DNA of 64,000 nucleotides from Octopus sinensis (GCF_006345805.1 NC_043019.1:11717360-11781359), one strand, 5' to 3'; positions 13,819 to 26,364 are shown, counted from the first letter of the stretch. Notes: generated from the letters alone by a model not told the origin. Program-made: numbers and translations.

Positions 13819-14777
13819 CATATATACGACAGGCTTCTTTCAGTTTCCGCCTACCAAATCCACTCACAAAGCATTGGTCGGCCCGGGGCTATAGCAGAAG
13901 ACACTTGCCCAAGATGTCACGCAGTGGGACTGAACCCGGAGCCATGTGGTTGGTTAGCAAGCTACTTGCCACACAGCCACACCGAATCCATTCACAAGGC
14001 TTTGGTTGGCCCAGGGCAGTAGTAGGTTCCATGCAGTGGGCCTGAACCCAAAACGACATGGTTGGGAAACAAACTTCTTAATCACACAGATACCGTGCCT
14101 ATATATTGAAGAACATTGTATCCGGTGTAGCCTTTGTTTTGATTCTTGTATTCTTTTCTTGTTTGAAAGGCATAAAAGAATACGATTTGAGGAAGATTTG
14201 GTTGCTATTTCTAGCAGATTCTGCCACCATGTTGTGGCTCCATTAATTTGTGCATCAGTCCTCTTGGCACCATTATGAGTTGATCAAGCATATTGATAAC
14301 AACAGATAAAGACACTTGAAAACAAGGTTGATATATATATATATGCAAGTACATTGCATACACACACAGACACACACACATTCTCACATACACAGGTGTA
14401 TGTTTATATGTATAAGAGTTACACATGAATGTACACTTTTATCTTTTACTTATTTCAGTCATTAGATTATGGCCATGCTGGGGCACTGCCTTGAAGAATT
14501 TTAATTAAACAAATTGCTCCCGGTACTCGTGCACTTGCACAAATATATGCGTGTATATGTGTGTGTGTGTTGTGTGTGTGTGTGTGTGTGTGTGTGCATT
14601 ATCTTTAAGTGTTATTTTCGGTTATAGAAATGGTTATGCTGGAGAGGAGACGTCTACAAAGGAGGAGAGGAAAGAGAAGGTGTGAGAGGGAGTGAAACCA
14701 AAAAGGAGGGAAAGAGAGGGGGAGAGCATTGACACTGTTTATCATTTGAAGATAGATACACCGCACATATATGCATT

Positions 14778-14855
<78 letters not shown>

Positions 14856-14916
14856 CATAAATATATACATACATATACATATATATATATATTTATATAT
14901 ATATATAGAGAGAGAG

Positions 14917-14972
<56 letters not shown>

Positions 14973-17235
14973 TAGAATTGAAGGGCCTTAGAATCAACCT
15001 CGCTAAAACCAAAGTCCTAATAAGTAGGAATGTAGACAAACCACAAACCCCTTCAGGTAGATGGCCCTGCTCGATCTGTAGAAAAGGCATAGGTAGGAAC
15101 TCTATAAGATGTATCCAGTGTAAGCTATGGACACATGAAATAACTTCTAAAATACAAAATTTTGTCCAAAATGTTAAGAGTAAACCGTGTTCTATGTGGC
15201 ACATTCAACCAGTATCTAAAGTTTCAATTGTTTAATTGAAAAAAAATTAATTAAAAAATCTGTGACTGAGATTGAAAAGAACTGACAGATGGAGTGGGTA
15301 ACAGGCTTAAAAAAAAAAGTTCCATAGTGGATTTGTTGGACTAAAATTCTTCAGGGTGGTGCCCCCACCACCTTCATTGGCTGCGGTCTGGTAACTGAAA
15401 CAAGTAAAGGATAAAAGATATCGATAAGAACATTTAATAACCTCCTTGCTCTATTTCCCAAGTTAAGAATCTACAAAATATATTTTATAAGCTAGTACCT
15501 AGAACACTCAAAAGGAAATAAGTGACTTTGCCTTCGTGAGGCCCAAAGTTCGAAGATCATGCTTCACCACCTCACCCCATGTCTTCATGAGTCTAGTTCT
15601 ACAACAGGTTCCCCCCACAATCAACAAACAAAACATATAAGCGTAAAAATAATAAATAATACTTTCTTATCTTAGGTCTGTCAAGAGCCAACAGGCTCAT
15701 TAAACTGAAGGCTATCCCACTTTCAATGGCTTATCTGTAACTATGTGTACAATGTACTCCATCCGCACCCTCTTATTGGGAGGTCAACCTGTCGCATACT
15801 TAACCCTGTTGCTGCCACCCATTTTCAGCCAAATGAACTGCAGCAATGAGGCAGGGAGTGTTTTGTTTGAAAATCAAAACTTGCCAAACCCAGCTTAAGC
15901 ATCAAACTTTTGGCCAGGTGATCAAAAATCCAAATATACTACATATCTTCGCACAATGGATAGCATGCAATAAATAAATAAACATACAAACAAACAAGAA
16001 AGAAAGAACTAATAAAATAAATGACTATTACTCTTTTTTACTCTTTTACTTGTTTCAGTCATTTGACTGTGGCCATGCTGGAGCACCGCCTTTATTCGAG
16101 CAAATCGACCCTGGGACTTATTCTTTGTAAGCCCAGTACTTATTCTATCAGTCTCTTTTGCCGAACCGCTAAGTGACGGGGACGTAAACACACCAGCATC
16201 GGTTGTCAAGCAATGCTAGGGGGACAAACAGACACACAAACACACACACATACACACATATATTTATACATATATACGACAGGCTTCTTTCAGTTTCCAC
16301 CTACCAAATCCACTCACAAGGCATTGGTCGGCCCGGGGCTATAGCAGAAGACACTTGCCCAAGGTGCCACGCAGTGGGAATGAACCCGGAACCATGGGGT
16401 TGGTTAGCAAGCTACTTACCACACAGCCACATTTCAAAAGTGAATGAAATATCATCAAGTGTAGCAAGTGAACTACAATACCAGCAGCTTCCTAATCACA
16501 TGGTTTTAAATTAACATCTGACTCCGACTCCGCATCATTGAATGCAAAAAAAATCAATGTAAAACTTTAACCAGTTGAATCACAAAGGATATTAAGAGAA
16601 GACCCTGAAGAAACTACATCAGGTGTTATAGTAAGGTTGCAATTATAATGGTTACAAACCAATTCAGTGGAAACATATGTAGGGCTATTTGAGGCTGTAT
16701 TTATAAATAAAAAATAATTAAAGGTAATGCTAATGCTACTTCGTAATAATCCTCATTATTATTATTATCATTATTATTATTATAATTACTATTATTATTG
16801 TTTATGTCCCCGTTACTTAGCGGTTCGGCAAAAAGAGACCGATAGAATAAGTACTGGGCTTACAAAAAAAAGAATAAGTCCCGGGGTCGAGTTGCTCGAC
16901 TAAAGGCGGTGCTCCAGCATGGCCGCAGTCAAATGACTGAAACAAGTAAAAGAGTAAAGAGTAAAGAGTATACAGATGACTTATGATGACTTACTGGAAT
17001 GAGTTGGTTGTGATGTCCCGTGTTATGCGACATACGTAGGATGTGGACTGAGTTTCCTTGGACACATTCAATCACATGATCTCCATCCTGTAATAGAGAA
17101 CACACCAAGTACTGAAAATAATTAACAAAGTACTTAATTAATTGACATTTCTTACAATACTTCCTAAGCCAAAAGTGATGTGGACCCATTTTAGTTCCAG
17201 AGTTCAATTGCAATTATATAACAACCTGATTTGCA

Positions 17236-17281
<46 letters not shown>

Positions 17282-17540
17282 TGTGTGTGTGTGTGTGAGT
17301 GTGTGTGTGTGTGAGTGTGTGTGTGTGTGTGAGAAATATCTGCCTTGGCAAATTGTGCTCAACCCATGCCAGCATGGAAAAGTGGACCTAAAAGTGATGA
17401 CGATGACGATGACGGCGACGGCGACAACGACGACGATGATAATGATAATGACGACACCAAGGAGAAAGTCAACAATGATGATGAAGATGATGATGCTGAT
17501 GAGGATTATGTCGATAATGATGACAAAAACAATGAAGGTT

Positions 17541-17573
<33 letters not shown>

Positions 17574-20500
17574 TTGATGATAATCATGATGATGGTCTTG
17601 ACAATGTCAACAAAGATGATCATGACGATGATGGTCAATGATGATGATGATGATTATGACAATGATAATGAGGCAGAGGAGGAGGAGGCAGTGGAGGAAG
17701 AATGGTTAGGCTAGTCATTAGAACAAAATTGTTTCCACATAAATTTAAGACAGAACATTTTAATTCAAATTTCAAGATCTTTTAAAAAGGTAACTTTATA
17801 TCATTAAAACAAGGTGGTCTTAGCCAGTTTGGGATCTTTTAAAATCTTTTACTCACTTTTACTCTTTTAGTTGTTTCAGTCATTTTGACTGTGGCCATGC
17901 TGGAGCACTGCTTTTAGTCAAGCAAATTGACCCAAGGACTTATTCTTTGGAAGCCTAGTACTTATTCTATCAGTCTCATTTGCCAAACCACTAAGTGATG
18001 GGGATGTAAAGACACCAGCATCAGTTGTCAAGCGATGTCGGGGGGACAAACACAGACACACATATACAAATACATAAATATCAGTTTCTGTCTACCAAAT
18101 CCACTCACAAGGCTTTGGTTAGCCCGTGGCTATAGTAGAAGGCACTTGCCCAAGGTGCCACACAGTGGGACTGAATCCAGAACCATGTGGTTGGTAAGCA
18201 AGCTACTTACCACACAGCCACTCCTACGCCTACTCTTTTTTTTCTAAGAGTATCTTTTTCTTTTTTTGTCTTTTTACTTGTTTCAGCCGTTTGATGGTAG
18301 CCATGCTGGAGCACCACCTTGAGGAATTTGTAGTCAAATGAATCAACCACCAGTACTCTTTTTTTAAGCAAGTGGTAGTGGGGGACAAACACAGACACAA
18401 AGATATGCACACACACACACACACACACAACACACACACACACACACACACATACACAGCTTCTTTCAGTTACCAAATCCACTTGCAAGTAGTAGAAGGC
18501 ATTTGCCCACAGTGCTACATGTTGGAATTGAACTTAGAACCATGTGGTTGTAAAGTAAGCCTCTTACCACACAGCCACACCTGTGCCTGTGGCGAGCTGG
18601 CAGAGTCGTTAGCACGCCGGGCGAAATTCATAGCCGTATTTCGTCTGCCGTTACGTTCCGAGTTCAAATTCCGCCAAGGTCGACTTTGCCTTTCATCCTT
18701 TCAGGGTCGATAAATTAAGTACCAGTTACGCACTGGGGTCAATGTAATCGACTTAATCCCTTTGTCTGTCCTTGTTTGTCCCCTCTGTGTTTAGCCCCTT
18801 GTGGGTAGTAAAGAAATATATATCTTAATTTTTCTTTCCATTATATTTTTCACTTACCATTTGAGGTTCGGGTGAAATCCCCATAGCAACATATGCATTC
18901 TCAGATTTTGTTGGTAATGAAAATTCAAAGTGAACCGTTTTCTTATCCTTGCTTGGTATCCAAGAAATGAGACATCCATCTTCACAATCCAAACATCCTT
19001 TTTGCTTTCCACAATCCTATGCCAAAAATTGAAGAAAATGGTAAAATAGAAAGAACAAGAAATGGAGAAGATAAGTAGCAAAAACAACAACATTAATAAT
19101 AATGATAATAATAATGATAATAATAATAATAATGATAATAATAATAATGATAATAATAATAATAATGATAATAATAATAATTCTGTACATACGTCATTAT
19201 CTGTTGATGAGGCAGCATATAGTGTTGCATTGACATTCATCCAGTATTTTGTCTTGTCCTGCACTACAGCTGCACTAATAAAAACAATAAAAAGGAAAAG
19301 AAAAAGAGCATATAAAAGAACACAAATGAATTGGCTTTCTTAAAAATATGGATATATATATGTATATATAGTTAAGATACCCGTGCCGGTGACACGTAAA
19401 AAGCACCGTCCAGATCGTGGCTGTTTGCCAGCCTCCCCTGGCCCTGTGCAGGTGGCACGTAAAAAGCACCCACTACACTCTCAGAGTGGTTGGCGTCAGG
19501 AAGGGCATCCAGCTGTACAGTTTTTGTCTATCAGTTTTAACAAGAAGACATTTGTCAGTCCCTCAACAATATAACTGAAGACTCTTGCCCAAGATGCTGT
19601 GCAGTGGGACTGAACCTGAAAACACATGGCTGCAAATTTTTAATCATACAACCATGTCTGATTGAATCCCAAAATCACAATTTTAAATGATGCATTCAGA
19701 TTGCACAGTCACATGGATGCAAAAATATTCTCAAAACCAAAATGTCTTGGAGTAATACTTACATAACCAAGAGTTTTCCAAAAGATTTTTCTGGAGCTTT
19801 CCAAGTTGTTGTGATGAAATTCCTACTGTTACTTTTGTTGTATGAAAAATAGGAGTTTTTGCTCTGTAAAAGAATCAAGTATGAATGAGTCACCATGTTT
19901 ATTTTTTTTATGTTTCAGAGTGTCATTTTCTGATAATGTTTGTAGTTTTAGTTGTCAATGGTTTTGTTTAGTCCTTGAATCAACTTTGGTTGAATAACAA
20001 ACATTGATAAAAGCACCTTCTAAATACAGACTTGTTTAAATGAAGTGTATGTTTATTGCAGAAAACATTTAAATTGACAGCGAACTGGCAGAATCGTTAG
20101 CACACCGGGCGAAATGCTTGGCGGTATTTTGTCTGTCTTTATGTTCTGAGTTCAAATTCCGCCGAGGTCGATAAATTAAGTACCAGTTACGCACTGGGGT
20201 CGATCTAATCGACTTAATCCCTTTGTCTGTCCTTATTTGTCCCCTCTATGTTTGGCCCCTTGTGGGCAATAAAGAAATAAGAAAACATTTAAATGGTTTT
20301 CTGGTGCTTACGGTTTTTTTTTTTTTTCTGCTTTATGCAATATACATACACTTTATTCAAATTGTTCTGAGAAAGCTATAGGATGTTGCATAAGCACGTG
20401 CATATACATATATGCATGTACATGCATGTACATATAAAAATATATTTTTTATGCAAGGGGAGGCAACAGGAGCAACACAAAATTTTTAAATTTTAAATTT

Positions 20501-22170
20501 TTGAATTTTTGAATTTTTGAATTTTAAAATTTCTAATATGTCGGACTGTATAAATATAAACTAGTATATTAGATTTGCATGTGTTTGGTCTATCTTTGAA
20601 TTTTGTGGTGTTCCTGTGGTTGTTGCTCCTATTGCCTCCCCTTGGATAAAAAAAGTGTATACAGCTCATTGGAGCGCTTCTATTTCCAGTCCGTTGTATA
20701 TCTTGAGTGTTGTTGTCACTCAAGATATAACATTATATTTTGTCATATAAAAATATATACATGTATACATATATACACACACATGCATATATACAGACAT
20801 AAACACACACACACACAAACTTACACACACAAATATAAATAAAGGAAAGATAAAGTTTACCTGGTTCCCACACAATGTTCCATCTGTATGGAATGGTACA
20901 TCAAATGTACCCAAATTTTGTGAAACTTTCTCCTCAGATACAATGACCAGGTACAACTCTGGAATTCAGTGCCATTTTGACCTTTTACAGTCACTAGAAG
21001 ATAGAAAACAAAAAATATAGTTCATATAAATACATGGTGGCTGCCCCCTCATTATCGAGTATGGCCATTGCATGGAGCTTAATCAATGTTGTTTTATTGT
21101 GCAAGATTTTTTTTAAAGTGAGGAAAGGCTGTGCACTGAGTCAATCCCACTCACTAGCAAACAGCAGCCATAATCCGGAAAAGAAGAACAAGTCAACATC
21201 ATCGGTAACCACTGAGCCGCAGGTTTATATCGGAGTTATCCCAGTTTCCTGAGTTACCTTCTCTAGAAGGATGCCCTAACAAAGGCTAGGAGTCCTTCAC
21301 TCCCAATGGTTTTTAACAGGCGATCGCGGGTATTCAGTCCGATTATTTCTATGTCCCCGCGCATGATACAGCCTTATATATATAAATACATACATACATA
21401 CATAAAGTTAATCCAAACATGAAAACACAAAGAGAAAACACAACAATGCGAGGACGTGGAACAAATATAGTATTATTGGATGCTCAGGAAAGAAGGAAAG
21501 AAGGATACATACATACATATAGTGTATAATTCTGAAAATTATATTTGCAAAGACAATCATACTGATGAGCTACGGACAATTGCATAAGTAATTACATAAG
21601 TGGTAATAGCGAAACTGGTTTGTGATTAATCTCTAAATGATATTCCTCATGTGGGGTGAGGTTATGGAATTATAGTGAAGGTTCATTTGAGTTTGACCCA
21701 AAATTTTGTTGGGCTAAGCATGTTTAGTGCTTGACCAAAGTAGTTTACAAAAGGACTCTCTTTCAGAGTGAAAGGCAGACTGTACGATGCTTTCGATTGA
21801 ACAGCTATACCCCATGGTAGTATTTTGATGATGTGATTGCTTATTTTTAGAATGACATCATAGGGCAGGTGTGAGAAGCCAGTTCTGGCCAGTTTGAACA
21901 CAAAACAGGTAGAAATTTGGGCCCAGATATGACTGATCTAAATGCTAGTACTCTTTTACTCTTTTACTTGTTTCAGTCATGTGACTGTGGCCATGCTGGA
22001 GCACCGCCTTTAGTCGAGCAAATCGACCCCAGGACTTATTCTTTGTAAGCCTAGTACTTATTATATCAGTCTCTTTTGCCTAACAGCTAAGTTACGGGGA
22101 CATAAACACACCAGCATTGGTTGTCAAGCGATGATGGAGGGGACAAACACAGACATGCAAACATACACAC

Positions 22171-22203
<33 letters not shown>

Positions 22204-22751
22204 CATATGCGGTGCCCCAGCATGGCCACAGCTCGTGAGCTGAAACTAGATAAAATTTTAAAAAATTTTTAAATAAAAATACGATGGGCTTCTTTCAGTT
22301 TCCGTCTACCAAATCCACTCACAAGGCTTTGGTCGGCCTGAGGCTATAGTAGAAGACACTTGCCCAAGGTGGCACGCAGTGGGACTGAACCCGGAACCAT
22401 GTGGTTCGTAAGCAAGCTACTTACCACACAGCCACTCCTATGCTTATGGTTAAATATATATCCAACATAGTAACAAATATACAAATTTACCATTTTACTA
22501 CAGATGAAATATTCCAAAACAAAATTCTAAAATGTAGAATTTTAGATTTACATACCATTTATAATGTCATTTGGTTTATAAAAATTATCTGACAGCGAAA
22601 TCTTATATGGTGGATGTGATGTCTGGGGTGATAGCCATTTGTGTGGTATCTTATTCACGCAAGCTTCCTCAGAAACCTTGTCAGGCCAGCTGATGGCTTT
22701 AGGGACCAGTATTGTAAGAAGAACTGTAACACATACAAATATTTTCGACAT
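2044..22751 (-). CDS. FRRS1: Spliced ferric-chelate reductase 1 (FRRS1/SDR2)-like gene: signal peptide + Reeler + DOMON + cytochrome b561; 12 coding exons in window (~471 codons), 3' end outside the left edge
   Basis: Exons assembled by hand on the minus strand, all with AG/GT boundaries and matching phases except a 1-nt deficit in exon 2: 22751-22556, 20993-20861, 19863-19763, 19274-19193, 19016-18858, 17087-16995, 9857-9695, 9035-8928, 7251-7136, 5841-5758, 3498-3421, 2143-2044. Domain order and the four b561 heme His (LVKLH, LHR, AHP, IHR) match FRRS1-type proteins. Confidence 0.88.
3421..3498 (-). CDS. FRRS1: FRRS1-like exon 11 (b561 TM3)
   Basis: ttacag|TTT; [26 protein letters not shown]; donor AAT|gtgagt. 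Confidence 0.87.
3560..4068. repeat. (AGT)n/(ATT)n microsatellite block
   Basis: Direct reading. Confidence 0.95.
5758..5841 (-). CDS. FRRS1: FRRS1-like exon 10 (b561 TM2)
   Basis: ctaaag|CTC; [28 protein letters not shown] (WFQ.HR motif across the junction); donor ACA|gtaagt. Confidence 0.87.
6106..6225 (-). ncRNA. Type I hammerhead-ribozyme-like motif with long stem II (in FRRS1-like intron 9, sense)
   Basis: Minus strand: CUGACGA-[GGCCUA...UAGGCU, inner CUCAUU/AAUGAG and UGCCUAU/AUAGGCA]-GAAA-CAGCUG-UA; palindromic minimal stem III; proximal stem I only 2 bp. Confidence 0.6.
7136..7251 (-). CDS. FRRS1: FRRS1-like exon 9 (cytochrome b561 TM1)
   Basis: cacaaag|TC; [39 protein letters not shown]; donor CAG|gtaaga. 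Confidence 0.87.
8145..8745 (-). mobile_element. Head-to-tail trimer of SINE family B inserted in a mariner-type MITE
   Basis: ~185-bp units starting tatttcttta.tacccacaagggg at ~8145, 8330 and 8514; only the outermost unit keeps the A-box head. Confidence 0.8.
8928..9035 (-). CDS. FRRS1: FRRS1-like exon 8 (DOMON end / first b561 His)
   Basis: gcttcag|AA; [36 protein letters not shown]; donor G|gtgagt; 108 nt, phase 1-1. Confidence 0.85.
9479..9603 (+). repeat. Minisatellite, 5 x 25 bp (AACATAAATTAATTTCGCTCATTTT)
   Basis: Direct count; lies in an AT-rich interspersed element also seen at ~34335-34580 and ~35125-35280. Confidence 0.9.
9695..9857 (-). CDS. FRRS1: FRRS1-like exon 7 (DOMON)
   Basis: ttttcag|GTT; [54 protein letters not shown] (DG.L.C.F motif); donor G|gtgagg. 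Confidence 0.85.
9900..11070. repeat. Compound trinucleotide microsatellites (ACC/CAT/GAT/GAC/AAC)
   Basis: Direct reading; source of the many low-complexity ORFs. Confidence 0.9.
11709..11746 (-). ncRNA. Degenerate hammerhead-like motif
   Basis: Minus strand CUGU-CCGAUGA-ACGGCAACGG-GAAA-CUCAGAG-UA-ACAG; 4-bp stem I, U4>C core variant, weak stem II. Confidence 0.4.
11976..12013 (-). ncRNA. Degenerate minimal hammerhead-like motif of Penelope-terminal-repeat type
   Basis: Minus strand UCUUU-CUGUCGA-A-GAGC-GUAG-GCUC-GAAA-UG-UA-AAAGA; 5-bp stem I, 4-bp stem II, A6>U core change. Confidence 0.4.
14972..15136 (+). mobile_element. Internal fragment of the same RTE LINE
   Basis: [13 protein letters not shown]...[28 protein letters not shown], near-identical to 23990-24090. 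Confidence 0.8.
16995..17087 (-). CDS. FRRS1: FRRS1-like exon 6 (DOMON)
   Basis: ttacag|GAT; [31 protein letters not shown]; donor CCA|gtaagt; 93 nt. Confidence 0.85.
18858..19016 (-). CDS. FRRS1: FRRS1-like exon 5 (DOMON start)
   Basis: catag|GAT; [53 protein letters not shown]; donor ATG|gtaagt; 159 nt, phase 0-0. Confidence 0.88.
19193..19274 (-). CDS. FRRS1: FRRS1-like exon 4 (end of Reeler)
   Basis: ttattag|T; [28 protein letters not shown] (A.VVQ....YW Reeler C-terminal motif); donor GAC|gtatgt. Confidence 0.85.
19763..19863 (-). CDS. FRRS1: FRRS1-like exon 3 (Reeler)
   Basis: tttacag|AGC...; [33 protein letters not shown] (Reeler W.AP motif); donor AT|gtaagt (phase 2). Confidence 0.82.
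20861..20993 (-). CDS. FRRS1: FRRS1-like exon 2 (Reeler), contains apparent 1-nt frameshift near 20955
   Basis: cttctag|TG ACT GTA...; [12 protein letters not shown] then, one base out of frame, [32 protein letters not shown]; donor CAG|gtaaac. Confidence 0.75.
21555..21627 (+). ncRNA. Type I minimal hammerhead-ribozyme-like motif
   Basis: AATCATA-CTGATGA-GCTA...TAGC-GAAA-C-TG-G-TT-TGTGATT: intact core, 7-bp stem I (one G:U), 4-bp stem II, near-palindromic ACTGGT stem III, GUU triplet. Confidence 0.65.
22556..22751 (-). CDS. FRRS1: FRRS1-like coding exon 1 (signal peptide + start of Reeler)
   Basis: Acceptor ttccag|AACC ATG; [65 protein letters not shown]; donor G|gtatgt (phase 1). Confidence 0.85.
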
Positions 22752-23711
22752 GGTTCTGGAAGAATTTAAGAGCAAAACAGATAGATAAATCAATGGATAT
22801 AAGCAATTCTTTTAAATCATTTACTTGATTTAGTCATTGGACTGCGGCCATGCTGGAGCATCGGTTTGTAGGGTTTAGGTGATGAAATCGATCCCCTACT
22901 CAATATGTCTTTTTCATTTTTTGGAAGACTGGTACTTATTCTATCAGACTGTTTTGGTGAACTAAGTTGCAGTGATAGATGTAAACAAACAAACATCAGT
23001 TATCAAGCACTGTGTGTGTGTGTGTGTTGTGTGTGTGTGTGTGTTTGTGGCATAAACACAAAGACACACTCATACACAAATACACAATATATATTTGTGT
23101 GTGTGTATATATATATGTCTATATATATCAATCTATACATATATTTATATATATATGTATACATATATATATATAAATATGTGTATGTATGTATACATCA
23201 TACATACATACATACATATAATGAGAATTTACAAAAAAACAAAAGACAATGACGGTTGCGTAAACAACAAACAAGTATTAGTTGGAACGTAAAAAGCACC
23301 CAAACCGTCCGATGTTGCAGATCGTATTGGTGTAACGGGTAAGTTTTTTTCCCCTAGCATTTCTAGATCTATAGGAAATATTATATTGACAAGGAAATGA
23401 ACCTTCGTTCTAATCCAGAAACGAGTCGTCTATAATAATCCAGAGGCTGGGTTTCATTATTTTCTGCCTTTTTTTGCCATATACAGCTTACAAATTCTGT
23501 TTGTTTGTGGAGACTTTTTACTAGTAGAGGAAATACTGACCAATTTGGCTGCTATTTCTAATATTTTCGGTATGCGGTTTTGAGCAACTTGTTGCATTTA
23601 ACCCTTTATTATAATTATTATAACCCTTACCATATGGTCTTTTCCATACCGACAAATCTGCTAGGTGAATTGGATAATTTTTTTAATTAATTATATTCCA
23701 CCCTTTATTGA

Positions 23712-23784
<73 letters not shown>

Positions 23785-23895
23785 ATATATATATATATAT
23801 ATGTATATATAACTTTGATAACTTTGATAGGTTTCAGCCAGTATAGCACCACCTGATAAATATATATAGATGTATGTATGTATGTATGTATGTAT

Positions 23896-23965
<70 letters not shown>

Positions 23966-23979
23966 ACACACACACATAT

Positions 23980-25378
23980 GAAGGCAGGCAAACCAAAAAT
24001 CCCTTCAGGTAGATGGTCCTGCTCGATCTGTAGAAAAGGTGTAGGTAGAAACTCTATAAGATGTACCCAATGTAAGCTATGGACACATAAGAGGAGCAGT
24101 AATTTCAAAGGAAGGTTAACCGGGAGGATAGTTTTTGTCTGTGGCAGATGCTTGGGAGCAATAAATAACACTGAAAATGTGCAGAGAACAACTTCCGCCT
24201 TATTCCAGGGAGAAAAACTAGAAGTAGTTGATAGCTTCCGTTACCTAGGTGACCAAGTCAGTAATGGGGAAGTGTGGACTGAAAGTGTAGCTGCTAGAAT
24301 AAGAATAGCCTGGGCTAAGTTCAGAGAGCTCTTACCCCTGCTGGTGACAAAGGGCCTCTCGCTCAGAATAAAAGGTAGACTGTACGACGCATGTATACGA
24401 ACAGCCATGCTACATGGCAGTGAAACATGGCCTGTAACTGCTGAGGACATGCGTAAGCTCACAAGGAATGAAGCCAGCATGCTCCGATGGATGTGTAATG
24501 TCAGTGTGCATACTCGACAGAGTCTTAGTGCCTTGAGGGAAAGGTTGGACCTAAGACGCATCAGATGTGGTGTGCAAGAGAGACGACTGTGCTGGTATGG
24601 CCATGTGGCGAGAATAGATGTGGATAGCTATGTGAAAAAGTGCCACACCCTAGCAGTTGAGGGAACCTGTGGAAGAGGTAGACCTAGGAAGACCTAGGAT
24701 TAAGTGGTGAAGCATGACCTTCAAACACTAGGCCTTATCGAGGCAATGACTAGTGACCAGGACCTCTGGAAATATGGTGTGCTTGAGAAGACTCGGCAAG
24801 CGCAAGTGAGACCATAACCTTGTGGCCTATGCCAGGGGTGTAACCAGTCCACTTATGCATGCCTTTCCTTCAATGGACACTAAACTCTGCCTGCGAAAAC
24901 TTGTTGAGGCAAGTCAAATTGAAATCAAATTCGATGGCTGGCATCCATGCTAGTGGAGCACTAAAAGTACCGTAGGAGTGAGATCGTGGCCAGAGCAACA
25001 AGCTGGCCTCCATGCCGATGGCATGTTAAAAACACCATTCAAGTGTGATCATTACCTGCATCGCCTTACTAGCACTTGTACTGGTGGTATGTAAAAAAAA
25101 CATTCGAGCGAGGTCCTTGCCAGTGCCGCTGGACTGGCTCCCGTGCAGGTGGCACATAAAAAGCAAAATTTGAGCATGGCCATTGTTAGTACCGCCTGAC
25201 TGGCCCTCATACCAGTGGCACGTAAATGCACCCAGTACACTCTCGGAGCGGTTGGCGTTAGGATTGGAGTCTGGTACAGCCGTCTGGTTTGCCAGACCTC
25301 AGTCAAATCTTCCAACCCATGCTAGCATGGAAAGCGGAGGTTAAATGATATTGATGATGAGGATGATGATGAGGATGA
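23980..25378 (+). mobile_element. 5'-truncated RTE-clade LINE: Cys-rich finger, RT C-terminus, 3'UTR and (GAT)n tail
   Basis: CSICRKGVGRNSIRCTQCKLWTHKR...CGRC, LEVVDSFRYLGD, RIRIAWAKFREL, MLHGSETW, WYGHVAR, GRGRPRKT*; ends with gttaaatgat(gat)n. Confidence 0.85.
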
Positions 25379-25590
25379 TATATATATATATATACTTCTA
25401 ATATAGGATAAAAAATTTTTCCCCCAAAAATTCCATCAAAGTGGCCAGTATATTAAAATACCTCTAAAGGTGAAAATTATAAACAATTACAAACAAGGGC
25501 AAAAGAAATCTTTTTCCTTTTCGTTTTGTTTATAAATTATATATATTTATATATATATATGATGAAGATGATGATGATGATGATGATGAG

Positions 25591-25621
<31 letters not shown>

Positions 25622-26149
25622 CATACATATATATATGTATGCATTTATATGTAATGTGTATGTGTGTGTGTGTGTAATATATATATATAATAATATTATA
25701 TATATATATATATGTATATATATATTGTATATATGTGTATATATGTATATATATATATATAAAATTTCCTTTATTGCCCACAGGAGGCTAAACACAGAGG
25801 AGCAAACAAAGGGATTAAGTCGATTCCAGTGTGTAACTGGTACTTATTCAATCGATCCCGAAAGGATGAAAGGCAAAGTCGACCTCGGCGGAACTCAGAA
25901 AGTAATGGGAGACGAAATACCTATTTCTTTACTACCCACAAGGGGCTAAACACAGAGAGAGGACAAACAAGGACAGACAAATGGATTAAGTCGATTATAT
26001 CGACCCCAGTGCGTAACTGGTACTTATGTAATCGACCCCGAAAGGATGAAAGGTAAAGTTGGCCTCGGTGGAATTTGAACTCAGAACGTAACAGCAGATG
26101 AAATGCTGCTAAGCATTTCGCCAGGCGTGCAGACAATTCTGCTAGCTTG

Positions 26150-26236
<87 letters not shown>

Positions 26237-26364
26237 GTATGTATGTATATATGTATGTATGTATATACATATATATATACATATATATATATATATAAAC
26301 ATATATTTATATACATATATATATATATGTGTGGTGTGGGGTGTGTGTGTGTATGCATATATAC

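Noticed and set aside
23290-23680. Unique-looking stretch that might be a coding relic
   Set aside because: No recognisable motif or sustained ORF in the frames I examined.
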